A DNA stretch of 64,000 bases, from NCBI RefSeq assembly GCF_006345805.1, contig NC_043017.1:19964001-20028000 (forward strand), in the 5' to 3' direction. The translations under genes were made by a program, and so were the position numbers. Below are positions 50,856-63,923 of this stretch, in pieces (the stretch's first letter is position 1; every line of letters starts with the position of its first letter). The stretch is from Octopus sinensis (Eukaryota). Below the pieces are notes generated by a model, which saw only the letters and a list, made by a program, of their open reading frames with translations, was not told where the DNA came from and did not search any database.

Positions 50856-50880
50856 TCATCATCACTACCACCCTCAACAT
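49965..50880. repeat. (ATT/GTT)n and (CAT/CAC)n microsatellite blocks separated by about 190 bp of unique sequence
   Basis: Directly visible. Confidence 0.95.
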
Positions 50881-51034
50881 GTTCATCCTAATCAGCGTCG
50901 TCATCGACGCCATCCTCTTTTTAAACTCTATTGCTCAACCACCATTGCCACCAACCCAATGACTGTGAGCGTGACGTTCTAACAACTGAGCAATGCACCT
51001 CCAACTATCTAATTAACATCTGGCAATTAGGGTC

Positions 51035-51350
51035 AAAGGGTAAAAGGGGTACAGATCCCTTTCGATCAAGAATGACCTCGGGATTGCACCAAGAAAGTTC
51101 CCCTAAGAGGCACATGTCTGGGTAAGGTTGTTTATGGAAGACAAGCAATCACCTGTGCATACCAGCATCCCTTCTGTTATCCAAGGGAGAGGCAAAGGGG
51201 CCAATACAGCCTGGCACCAGTGATGCCACAACTCATTTCTACAGCTGAGTGAACTGGGGCAATGTGAAATAAAGTGTCTTGCTCAAGGACACCACACACA
51301 ACTTGGTCCAGGAATTGAACTCACCACCTCATAGCTGCAAGCCCGATGCT
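51035..51350 (-). mobile_element. SINE family C, degenerate
   Basis: Colinear with 43555-43898. Confidence 0.8.
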
Positions 51351-51433
51351 TTATGCATGCATGTGCATAGGGAGATAACAAAAAAGGAAAGGCAGTTCAG
51401 CTAAGTGTGCAGATGTATGTGTATATGCATGTA

Positions 51434-51471
<38 letters not shown>

Positions 51472-51978
51472 GTGTGTGTTGTGTGTGTGTGTGCATGTGT
51501 GTATTCTATGCTGTAAGGGTTTCAAGATAAAACTCAATACCAATAAATAATATTGATTTATGATCGAGTCAGAATGTCTTTGATTGATTGATGAAGTAAC
51601 TTGAGATAATATTCTGACATTGTTTGTTATAGACGACCTAGAGAGGGAGAGAGAGATGGTGAGAGGGGGAGAGAGGGGGCAGAGGGAGAGACAGAGTCGA
51701 AGAGGTTGGTAGAAAGACAATGCACCCTGTCTGAAACTGTGGAGGTCGATACTGGTTTCGCTGATGCCGTCAGAGGGTCTGAAGAAGTGTGGTGGTGGTG
51801 GGGGAGGAATGACTTTAAGGGTGGGTTAATGGTTAACTCAAGGTCATCTTTCAGCTAAAAACAGATTTATAATGAATTGTTTTCCAATTGTGACGACCGT
51901 GTCTGGTTTCTACACAGAATGTATCTAGGGACATATATACATACATACATACATACATACATAATATATATATATATT

Positions 51979-52188
51979 TATTAATACACAAATATGAGAG
52001 AGAATCCACTATGTGGACACTCTCACGCTAGAGATAGATCCGCAAAGGGACTCAACCACTAAGAATTGTTCTCAAGAAAAAATTTAGCACACTAAGAACA
52101 ATTCTTAGTGGTTGAGTCCCTTTGCGGATCTATCTCTAGCGTAAGAGCGTCCACATAGTGGATTCTCTCTCAATTTATGTATTAATAA
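51979..52188. repeat. Foldback inverted repeat, 77-bp core arms, 22-bp spacer
   Basis: Arms 51996-52072 and 52095-52171 differ at 2 of 77 positions; AT-rich extensions of about 17 bp. Confidence 0.97.
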
Positions 52189-52346
52189 TATTTACTGAAT
52201 CTCAGTCTTTTATGCGCTAGACCACTGGTGTTTAAATTGATGTTATTAAATTAATATCCAATTTTTTCACCCTCATTTTGACTTTAATTTTATATATATA
52301 TATATAAGGTGGTATGCTCCCCACCCATGCAATGTATGTAGAGATG

Positions 52347-52387
<41 letters not shown>

Positions 52388-52755
52388 TATATAAATGTTC
52401 AATTTACAAGAAAAGATCCAGAGAAACAATTACCAGGGTAGCCAAGGGTCACATAAGTGCCTAAGAAATTAGTAATAACATTTGCGTGGGTGATAATTCC
52501 GCGGAGAAATGAGATGTGTTTTGAAGAACATAAGAATAATGGAAAATGGAAACAAACACACAAGATGTTATTTAAATTATTTATATCACCATGTGACTGG
52601 CATCTGTTTTGATTGATGCATTAAAATAAATCCAAGGGGAAGAATAATGTGGATAAAGGCATCAGTCTCATCAGGGAGGAGATTATAGCCATGATATATA
52701 TATATTATTATATATATATATATATAAATATAAGCATGTATATATATATATATAT

Positions 52756-52796
<41 letters not shown>

Positions 52797-52892
52797 TAAT
52801 ATATATGGTATATATATTATATATGCATATATGTATATATATATAGATATATATATGTAAATATAAAATAAAATATAAATATATATATATAT

Positions 52893-53056
52893 AGGTGCAG
52901 GAGTGGCTGTGTGGTAAGTAGCTTGCTTAGAAACCGGATGGTTCCGGAGTCAGTCCCACTGCATGGCACTTTGACCAAGTGTCTTCTACTATAGCCTTGG
53001 GCTGATCAAAGACTTGTGAGTGGATTTGGTAGATGGAAACTTAATGAAGACTGTCG

Positions 53057-53058
<2 letters not shown>
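52893..53058 (+). mobile_element. SINE family B head
   Basis: GGTGCAGGAGTGGCTGTGTGGTAAGTAGCTTGC...GAAGACTGTCGTATA. Confidence 0.85.
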
Positions 53059-53093
<35 letters not shown>

Positions 53094-53098
53094 TATAT

Positions 53099-53294
53099 AA
53101 AGTTAATCCAAACATGAAAACACAACAATGCGAGGACGTGGAACAAATATAGTATTATTGGACGCTCAGGAAGGAAGGGAAGAAGGAGGGTTTAACCTTT
53201 CAAGCGGAGCTCTTCGTCAGAAACATAGGAAAAGGAAAGAACCAGAGAAGGGAAGACGGAGGAAAAAAATCACCAACGGTACACACGCGATCAC
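53099..53294 (-). mobile_element. Family HH2 (copy c)
   Basis: Reverse complement of copies a and b; follows the SINE B (TA)n linker. Confidence 0.85.
53190..53224 (-). ncRNA. Hammerhead-like motif with canonical CUGACGA core
   Basis: GTTT CTGACGA A GAGC TCC GCTT GAAA GGT T AAAC; helix-III palindrome is broken (AGGT). Confidence 0.6.
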
Positions 53295-53527
53295 ATTTTA
53301 TATATATGTATATATGTATGTATACACACTCGCACACACATGCGCACAAAAACTCACTCATATTCTTGGTGTGTTTGAACCATCTAGTATTGAAACAATT
53401 GTATTAAAGGAATAAATAAATCACTATTATCTCCATTCTTGGATTTTATATACCTGTATATGTATGTATGTGTGTGTGTCTGTGAGTGTGTGTGTATATG
53501 TTTGCATTTATATAAAAGTGCATGTGC

Positions 53528-53572
<45 letters not shown>

Positions 53573-54059
53573 GCATGTACACACACATATGTGAATGTGC
53601 GTGTGCATTTGAGAGATTTTCTATATAAGATGTTTGTGCATGTGTGATACTTTCTGTATGTGTGTGTGTGTGTGAGTGTGTGTGAGAAACTGTGTATCAA
53701 AGTGCATGTGAGACTATATATGAAATATATGAGCTTATGAGAGATTTTTACGTATAGATGTGTCCTTAGATTCAGTGTGTGTGTATGTCTGTGTATGTGT
53801 GTGTGTGTGTGTGACCATGTGTATATATAATTTTATATGTTAGACTGTGTGTATATATGTTCGTCAGAAACAGTGTATAAAAGTGCACATGTGTGTGTGT
53901 GTGTGTATGCGATGGTGTTTTATCAGAGATCAAAAGAAAGATGAAAAGAGAGACGACACCAATGTTTTGGCCAATATTGATTGTCAATTGTCAACTGAAC
54001 GGCTTCAGTTTTGTTAACTAAAGCAATTTAAATGTTCAGGTATTAGCGCACAACACTGC

Positions 54060-54780
54060 GACTATGACGAAGACCACCACCACCACCACTAGCATGACCC
54101 CTCACCGCTACAACTACTACGACAATGACAACCAACACCACTACCAACTCAACCGCTACCATCAACTCTACAACTTCAAACACAACTACTACAACTACAC
54201 AGAATAATGACCACAACCACCACCACCTCTACCACCACCGCCGCCTCCACCATCACCACTACAACCACCACCACCACCACCACTACTAAATGCCATCATT
54301 ACTGACTGCAAACCTCAAACATCACGACTGCCCTGGTATGATCTCGAAACAAAACGAAACAAAAAAAAAACAAAACCAACCACTGAACCATCACCTCAAT
54401 CACAACCGCCAATACCATCACAACTACTGCTGTCTCTGCTGCCACCACCCTCACCACCACTATCTTCCCTGCCACCACCACCACCACCGTTACAATCACC
54501 ACTGCCACCGTCATCTCCCTCACTTCCACTATCACTATCACCACCACCACCGCCACCACCACCACCACCACCACCACCACCACCACTACCACCAATATCA
54601 CCATCACTATCACCACCACCACTATCACCACCACCACCGCCACCACCACCACCACCACCACCACCACCACTACCACCAATATCACCATCACTATCACCAC
54701 CACCACTATCACCACCACCACCACCACCACCACCACCACCACCACTATCACCATCACCATCACCAAAATACCAACAATGT
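54060..54780. repeat. (CAC)-rich low-complexity tract with an internal duplicated block
   Basis: Directly visible. Confidence 0.95.
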
Positions 54781-55309
54781 GGTACCAACCTCCACAGTCA
54801 GAATCAAAATATTTGTAAAATTTAATTTTCTGGACAACTGAAGCACACACTCCCATCTCGTTTCTATTAATTTATCTTAATTAGCTAATTAGGCATTGTG
54901 TGCTAGTATGCATGTGTGTGCGTATGCACATGTGTGTAATATGGTTTGTTGGTTGTTCTTTTTTCATTTATTTTCTCGTTTAATCAGAGAAAGAGAGGAC
55001 ATTACCGATGACCTTTGTCAATGTCTTCAAGACTGGCAGGGGAGAGAAGGACTGGAGAATGGGTGGAAGGTTAACCTTTATTGACTCAAAACTTGGCCCA
55101 AATTCTTGTCACAGAATGGTCTCTTCTAAAAGCACCGAAAATACCAGACAGTTGCTGATAGACTAATTCTTTACTGCCAGTGGTTCTCAACCATTTTTTT
55201 TTGCCTAGGGATCATCAGGGCTTTAATTTTGCTCTAACGAACCCTCGTTGCCTTTTGAAGTTCAAAAAAATTCTATGATATTTTTATAATAAAATATCAG
55301 GAATTCTTT

Positions 55310-55510
55310 TATTCTTTTACTTGTTTCAGTCAATTGACAGCAGCCATGCTGGAGCACTGCCTTTAGTCGAACAAACTGACCCCAGGACATATTCTTTGTA
55401 AGCCTAGTACTTACTCTATCAGTTTCTTTCACTGAACTGCTACATTACGGGGATGTAAACACACCAACATCGGTTGTCAAGTGATGGTGGGAGGACAAAC
55501 AAAGACACAC
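55310..55510 (-). mobile_element. SINE family B 3' half
   Basis: CTTTTACTTGTTTCAGTC...GGGAGGACAAAC. Confidence 0.85.
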
Positions 55511-55545
55511 AAATACTTACACACACACATACACACACACACATA

Positions 55546-55730
55546 TAGTTGAAATTTACAGAAAAATGAATGACAAAGACAGGTGTATAAACAAGCAGGT
55601 GTACTAGTTTGACACTTGGGAAGGTGAGAAAGTCTTTTTTGTTTTGAGGCTATGCTCTTCAACAGAAAGGAACACGAAGAAATAGAGAGAGAATAAAAAA
55701 CTTGTGAATTTAGCGATTAATCATGGCAAC
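55546..55730 (-). mobile_element. Family HH1 copy with decayed hammerhead-like motif
   Basis: Minus strand CCTTT CTGTTGA A GAGC ATAG CCTC AAAA CAA A AAAG; homologous to 891-1070. Confidence 0.6.
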
Positions 55731-55974
55731 TATATATATACAACAGCCAATGCACACAATGGTGTGTGCTTTAGTAGCAGGTACAATACTTTCGTTAATG
55801 GTTTTAGGGACCTGTTTCATCACAGGTGGACAAAAATGTCTCATAATCCAATAGAATATATAAGATGTGCATCAGTTGGAGATAGCAAGAGAATCCAGCT
55901 GCTATTTATTCTCAGCTAATTGGACTGCCATGTCACCATTCCTTAATGCTTAAAGTTCTGCTATGGTTCTATTC

Positions 55975-56990
55975 TTTAACACTTTGTTTCAATTAATTTT
56001 GAGAATAACATAGAATTCAGTAAAATAACTTTGTTGTTATTAATCTGGTGTTTGGTACATAAATTAACATGGAATTTTGATGGAATATTTTAAATTTGGA
56101 TCACTTTAAAACATGAAGTTTGGATCACAGAACCAAGGAGCAGTCTCAGAGAGGTTGGCATTAAAACGGCTAAAATACCTGTGAGCTAGAAGACAGGGAA
56201 CCAGAAGATCTGGTTCAAATGTTTACCATTCTTAAGATGATGGAGAAGAGTCCATTTAACAACTCTCATTTAACCTTTTGTTACCTTATTTCCGTTGAAA
56301 TACAATGCCTTTATGTCACCTCATTTTGAATGCAATGAAGAATAAAGAAAAAGCTGTCATTATTAAGCTGATGTTTGGAATAAAAATTAACATGAAATTT
56401 TGATGGAAGATTTTTAATTTAGCTCACTTTAACCCTTTTGTTACCAAATTTCTGTTGAAAAATACTGCCTTTGTTTCAAATAATTTTGAAGATAATGAAG
56501 AATTTAGGAAAAAAAGCAACTTTATCGTTATTAACCTGGGACTTGGAATATAAATTAACATGGAATTTTGTTTGAATGTTTTTAAATGAGATCACTTTAA
56601 AATGCCTAATTTGTATATAGAGATGGTCTCAGGTAGATTGGCATCAAAAGGGTTCAGAAACTTGTAACTTGGCAGGCAGGGAACCAAAAGGTCTGGTTCA
56701 AATGTTTGCCATTCTGTAAGAAAGCAGAGAAAAATCCATTTAACGACTCCTACTTAACTCTTTAGCTACAGAATTTCTGTTGAAAAACGCTTTGTTTCAA
56801 TTGATTTCGAAAAATAATGAAAAATTTGGTAAAAATAACTTGATTAATCATTATTAATTTGGTGTTTGGAATATAAATTAACTCAAAATTCTGATGGAAG
56901 GTTTCCATTTAGATCAGTCTGTAAATAGGAATTTTTCATGATAGAGCCTGCAGCAGTCTCAGATGGGTTGGTATCAAGATGGTTAATGCC
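55975..56990. mobile_element. Tandem cluster of 4 diverged TTAA-MITE copies with a twice-repeated ~95-bp linker
   Basis: Units share TAAATTAACATG.AATTTTGATGGAA; ends TTAACCCTTTT and AAAAGGGTT(C/A)A; both linkers share CAGGGAACCA.AAG.TCTGGTTCAAATGTTT.CCATTCT. Confidence 0.8.
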
Positions 56991-57216
56991 TAAGTGACTG
57001 CTATGGCACCGTTCTTTAATGTTTATCCTGTCCATTAAATATGAAAATATCGGAACATTGAGACTTCCGTGTTTGTGTCTTGGGGATTTTTTGAATAGCG
57101 TGTGCACATGCACATACACAAACACACACAAGCATACATACATATCATACATACATATATACACACACACACACATATATGTTAACACAAAGATATGCAT
57201 ACATACAAGCATAACA

Positions 57217-57259
<43 letters not shown>

Positions 57260-58129
57260 CACATAATATATGCATGCATACACATACATACACACATACG
57301 CATACTTCTAGACACATGTATACATTCATATACGTACATATATACATAAGTATCCATAGAAGCATATATTCAAAACACATACATACACACACACACACAC
57401 ACACACTTGCATACATGCATAATTCATACACATGCGCACACACATATACGCAGACACATACATATGCATAAACACATACATACATATACACATACGCACA
57501 CAAACACACACGTACATCAGAGCTGCTAAGAAGAAAGCACAACACTTAAACCTCAACCACCACCATTCCCACCATGGCCACCGCAGCAGCTGCTGCTGCT
57601 GCTGTTGCTGCCGCCATTAGTATTGCTGCCATTGCCACCACCACCACCACCACCACCACCACCACCACCACCACCACCACCACCACTACCACCACCACCA
57701 CCACCACCACCACCACCACCACTACCACCACCACCACCACCACCACCACCACCACAACAACAACAAGAACAACAATTCTTCAAATGTTGTTGCATTGCTG
57801 TCAGACTGTAGAACTGGCACAGGTTGCTTCTTCACAATGGTGTGGCATCAACAAATGGAAGGAATTAGTGACTGCTGCACGATGCATTCACTGGCGTTTA
57901 TGTGCAGCGAGCGGTTTTTAAGATGGAGCTTTCGTACTTAATTACACTGTTTGCCTTTGGAAACTGATACGTGTGTGCGTGTGTGTTCGTGTGTGTGTGT
58001 GTGTGTGTAGATGTGTGTTTGTGTGGCTCTATGTGCAGGTGTGTGTGTGTGTAAATGTGTGTGTATGTGATGCTTAATTGTAGAAGAGCATGTGCATGCA
58101 CATGCATGTCCATGGGCAGAAACACATCT

Positions 58130-58224
58130 GTCTCTATCTATCTATCTGCCTACCTACCTACCTACCTATCTATCTATCTATCTATCTATCTGCCTACCTA
58201 CCTACCTACCTACTACCTACCTAC

Positions 58225-58255
<31 letters not shown>

Positions 58256-58316
58256 CTATCTATCTATCTATCTGTCTACCTACTATCTATCTTCTATCTA
58301 TCTATCTATCTGTCAC

Positions 58317-58358
<42 letters not shown>

Positions 58359-58364
58359 GTCTAC

Positions 58365-58418
<54 letters not shown>

Positions 58419-58445
58419 GCCTATCTATCTATCTATCTATCTACT
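58130..58445. repeat. (CTAT)n/(CTAC)n microsatellite
   Basis: Directly visible; source of the YLSI-type ORFs. Confidence 0.97.
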
Positions 58446-58539
58446 AATCCAGCTATACATACATACATATGTACATATACACTTACATATAGGTGTAAAA
58501 CATGTATGTATGCAATGTATTTATGTAACTGAGCATGTA

Positions 58540-58584
<45 letters not shown>

Positions 58585-58774
58585 GAGTACATGCACTTAT
58601 ATAAACACATATACATACATACAAAGATACATACATACAGATATATATGTATATACACTTATACAGACATACAGGTGCCTGCTCCGTTACATATGCTCAC
58701 ACAAACACTCAATACACACACACACATGCATATGTCAGCGTATATGTGTGTGAGTGTACATACATACATATGGC

Positions 58775-59105
58775 TCAATAGCAACAGTATTTGGCTCACA
58801 ATTGTAAGGACATGAGTTCAATTCCTGCTGCTGCATTGAAAGCTTGAGCAAGACACTTTATTTCATGTTTTTTCCCAGTCCATTCAGCTGGCAAAAATGA
58901 GTTGCACATGTAATAAAAAAGGGGCCAAACTAATCACATTTTGCGTCTTGCTGACTACGTTAAGCATACATGTGTCAGTGGAATACTCAGCCACTTGGAT
59001 GTTAATTTCATGTGCAGGCTGCTCCGTTGATCGGATCAACTGGGATCCTTGTCATAATAACTGTTGGAGGGCCATCATGACCCTACACGATTGCATAAAA
59101 GGGTA
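58775..59105 (+). mobile_element. SINE family C variant
   Basis: GAGTTCAATTCC B-box; TTGAGCAAGACACTTTATTTCA...CAGCTGGCAAAAATGAGT core. Confidence 0.75.
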
Positions 59106-59689
59106 ACGAACATGGTTAGGTTTCATGAAGGGCATCAAACCATAAAATGCTGCCAGAAGATAGTTGTTTCACTCATGTCAGCATTGAACACCTGATGTGA
59201 AACTATGACGATGATTATGATGACGATGATGGTGATAATGGGTATAATGATGATGGTGGTGATAATGATGATGATGATGGTGGTGATAATGATGATGATG
59301 ATGATGGTGGTGATAATGATGAGGACAACAATGACAATAGTGATAATGATAATGGTTATGGTGTTGATGGTGATGCTGATGAGGATGATGATGATGATTA
59401 TAATTCTGAGGACGATGATGATGATGAAGATGATTGTGATGATGGTGATGATGACTGAGATACATGTGTGTGTGCATACAATACTTTTTTTGGGGTCAGT
59501 GCACACGTGTTGACAAATGCACGAATGCATGTTACCGTCTAAATATCTGCATGAAAATGCGGCACATACACAGGTTTGTGTGTGTGCAAGTATGCAGTAT
59601 GTGTGCGTGTATGTGTGTATAAACAAGTGCTAATGAATGAGTGTAAATTTATATACATGAATAGGTGTGCATGTAATACATACATACAT

Positions 59690-59757
<68 letters not shown>

Positions 59758-59814
59758 ATATATATATATGTATATATATATATAATTGTGCATATTCAAA
59801 TGTCCATGTGTGTT

Positions 59815-60185
59815 CTTTTATTTGTTTCAGTCAATTGACTGCGGCCATGTTGGAGCACCACCATTTTTAGTCAAAGAAATCAGCCCCAGGACTTATTCTG
59901 TTGGTCTCGTTTGCCAAACTACTAAGTTGCAGGAACATAAACACACCAACATCGGTTGTCAAGAGATGGTGGGGGAACAAACTCAGACACACAAATACAC
60001 ACACACACGCACATATGCGATGGGCTTCTTTCAGTTTCCGTTTACCAAATCCACTCACAAGCCTTTGGTTGGCCCTGAGGCTATAGTAGAAGACACTTGC
60101 CCAAGGTACCACATAGTGGGACTGAACCCAGAACCACATGGTTGGAAAGCAAGCTTCTCACCACACAGGCATGCCAGCGCCTATA
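59815..60185 (-). mobile_element. SINE family B, near full length
   Basis: Both halves plus linker. Confidence 0.88.
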
Positions 60186-60901
60186 CGTCTGCATGTGTGT
60201 TTCTATGCATCAGTATATATATGCAACATATCTATACACGTTTGTGTGTATATATATATATATATATGTGCTAACAGTGGGGTAGTAGTAGTAGTACTAG
60301 TAGTAGTAGTAGTATTAGTAGTAGTATTAGTAGTAGTATTAGTAGTAGTATTAGTAGTAGTAGTGAATATATGAGCAGTGATCGATAAATTTACTCATTT
60401 CCTTCTTGTTGTTGTTTAGCCCCAGGCAGCCCTGATCCAGCAGATATATAACAGAAGCAATTCAGAAATGATCATGTTGTTTCTTTTACATTTTCAAAAA
60501 TATTTTCCCTAAACATATTATGTCTAATATTCCATTATCTAATCTATTCTTTAAAATGGGGTGTAAATTAAGACAGAATTGGTTGTTATTTCTAACAGAA
60601 TAAAGGACCATGTACAGGTTTTCTCCTGAGATTGTTATATTTGTTCAGTTATGTTGTTAAGCTAGAAAGAGACAGGTCTTTCACATCTGTCTGTCTGTTT
60701 GTCTATCTATCTATCCACCCATCCATCCACCCACCCAAAACCCCATCCATCCAGCCATCCCCCCATCTATGTTTCTATCTCTTTATCGATCTATCTGTGT
60801 CTGTCTACTTCTCAATTTATCTATCTGTCAGTCAGTCTGAGTACACACACACACAAATGTGTGTTTATATTTGAAAGTATACATGTATATGTATGTGTGT
60901 A

Positions 60902-60938
<37 letters not shown>

Positions 60939-61008
60939 CCCATGGACATATATTCATATATATACATACATACACACACACACATACATACGTACATATA
61001 TATATATG

Positions 61009-61029
<21 letters not shown>

Positions 61030-61043
<14 letters not shown>

Positions 61044-61064
61044 TAGATAGATAGATAGATGGAT

Positions 61065-61106
<42 letters not shown>

Positions 61107-61172
61107 GTAGATGGATAGATAGATAGCTAGTTAGATAGATAGATAGATAGATAGATGGATAGATAGATAGAT

Positions 61173-61226
<54 letters not shown>

Positions 61227-61290
61227 GTAGATGGATAGATAGATAGAAAGATAGATAGATAGATAGATAGACAGATAGATAGATAGATAA

Positions 61291-61329
<39 letters not shown>

Positions 61330-61350
61330 TTAGACAGGTAGATGGATAGA
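61030..61350. repeat. (GATA)n microsatellite
   Basis: Directly visible. Confidence 0.98.
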
Positions 61351-61501
61351 AGAAGGACATTTAAGTTTTATGTGTAAACAAATCTATATTTCAGGTGTGT
61401 GTAAATGTGTGCGTATATATATATATATGCGTATACATTCAAAGCAGTGTGAACGATTGTACGGAAGCGTATGTGACTGCATCGAAATGCTTCTCTTGCA
61501 G

Positions 61502-61591
61502 GCTGCAAGACATTTGCGAAACAGGAATTGGCAGTGGATGACTCATTTCTTCTCCAACCCTGTTATCGTTCTTTGTCACAGAAATGGTAAG
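61502..61591 (+). other. Candidate exon or microexon of an unidentified gene
   Basis: Acceptors TTCTCTTGCAG| (61501) and TCTTTGTCACAG| (61581); donors ATG|GTAAGG (61586) and AAG|GTGAGA (61591). Confidence 0.3.
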
Positions 61592-61603
61592 GTGAGAGGA
61601 CAT

Positions 61604-61635
<32 letters not shown>

Positions 61636-62068
61636 TGCGCGCACACACAGACACACACACACACACACACACAGACCCAGCCAATGCCTAAACATTGGCA
61701 CCACCTGCAGCCACTTGTCTCACATACACGCAGACACGTGCCGTACGTATCGGAAAGGGATTATGAAGAGTGCACATGCACTCATGTGTGTATGTGTGTG
61801 TGTGCACACATGCACGTGTATATATATTGTATATTATATTGCATATATATTTATATATATCACATTCTATTATGATATATAAATATATATATTACATTAT
61901 GTTATATCTATTTTGTATCATATATATATATGTATATACATATATAGGTATATATGTATATATATGTATATATATTTATATAGTATATATGTATATCTAT
62001 ATCTATCTATCTATATATATGTATATATATATATACACATATATATACATACATATATATATATACAT

Positions 62069-62101
<33 letters not shown>

Positions 62102-63194
62102 TATATTATATATATATATAGACATAATAAATTATAGATATGTAAATGATGTGTCTCTGTCTAACTTCATGTTTGTGTGTATATATATATATACATATAT
62201 ATACACACACACAGAGCTACACTGATATAAAGGGAGGGTGGGAGACAGATGGTAGCATATATCTATATACTGTAATTATGATTCGTATATAATTTATATG
62301 CACACACACTCACACATACGCACACACGTGTGTAAATGTGCGGTTGAACGCGTGTGTGAGTGTGTGTGTGGAATGTGCAATGCGTGCACAGTATGTATGT
62401 CTATGTGTGCATGTCTGTGTATGTGTATGCATGTATTAGAATGATGAGGTGTGAGAAAAGCTGAATACGTGAGGGACAAAGGAAAGGATCAGTGGGTGGG
62501 GAGGGGAAATAAATGTGACAGAGTAAATGATAATTGGATACACCACACACACACACACACCACAGAGAATGATATATAATTACATATATAAATGTATGTA
62601 TATGATTGCATATATCAATTTCAACATGTGTGTTTTATATATATATATATATATTATATATAATATATATATATATAAAATATGAATATAAATATATATG
62701 TATATATATATATATTATATGCTTATGTGTATATATAATTTGAAAGAAAAAAATGTTGCGAATAATCTAGAATGGAATCTATTGAAATTAAAGGGATGTT
62801 GATGCGGGAGGGCCATAGTTGGATTGAAAAGTAAAACAGAAAGTATACACAAGTTTCTTACACACATACAAACAAGCAGACCAACCTACACATACATATC
62901 CATGCATAAGCACACACTCACACACACACACATATATGTATAAATATACATGCATGCATATTTACAAGTGCATACATACATATGTATATATATATATATA
63001 AAAAAACTCATATATATACATACACTCATATATATACACACACTCATATATATACATACACATATTCTCATGCACATATGGTATCAGATAAGCTAATGGT
63101 GGATAAAAGTGAGGTGTGGAGATGGGATGGAACATGTTATACAGACACACACATGCATATAACCATGTCTATGTGTGTCTGTGTATATATATAC

Positions 63195-63228
<34 letters not shown>

Positions 63229-63868
63229 GCAGAAATCTATAAAAAAATATAGAAGAGGAAAGAAATTGTTTGGCAACCATAAATAACAATATGAGCATAT
63301 TAATAAAAAAGAAATATTCCACTACATCACCATGTTGCCATCACCAATTCTACCCTCACGCCGACCCCTACCTCACAAGAAAATATCGTAAATAAGGAGC
63401 AGGTGACTAGGAAAGGAATGGAAGGAAGGGCCGGGGACTAAGAAAACAGCAAAAACAAAAAGAAGAAAATAGGGTGTTTAAAGGAGAAGAAAGAATGCAG
63501 AGAGGAGAGTAAGAAGATGGGGATATGATGAGGTGAGGAGAGAAGAGAGAGTTGGAGGGAGGCGGGCGTTAGGCAAGGGGAGACAAGTCAAGGATGGTCG
63601 GAGGAGACATTAATGGGAGACCAGACAAAAGGAAAAAACTGGTAGAACAGAAAAGAAAAGAGGGATTTGGGGAGGGGAGAAAGGCATTTAAAAGGGAGTT
63701 TATATCAAGAAAGATGGGTGTAGGTGTGGGTGGTGGTGGTGAGTGGTGGTGGTGGGAGGGCTTGGAAGGAAGTGGTGGGCAGTGAGTAAGCAGCATGTTG
63801 CTTCTCCTGTGGAAAAGTGGCAATGGGGAAGCCAGCTTGCATAAATGTTTCTATGGGTTCACATAGTT

Positions 63869-63923
<55 letters not shown>

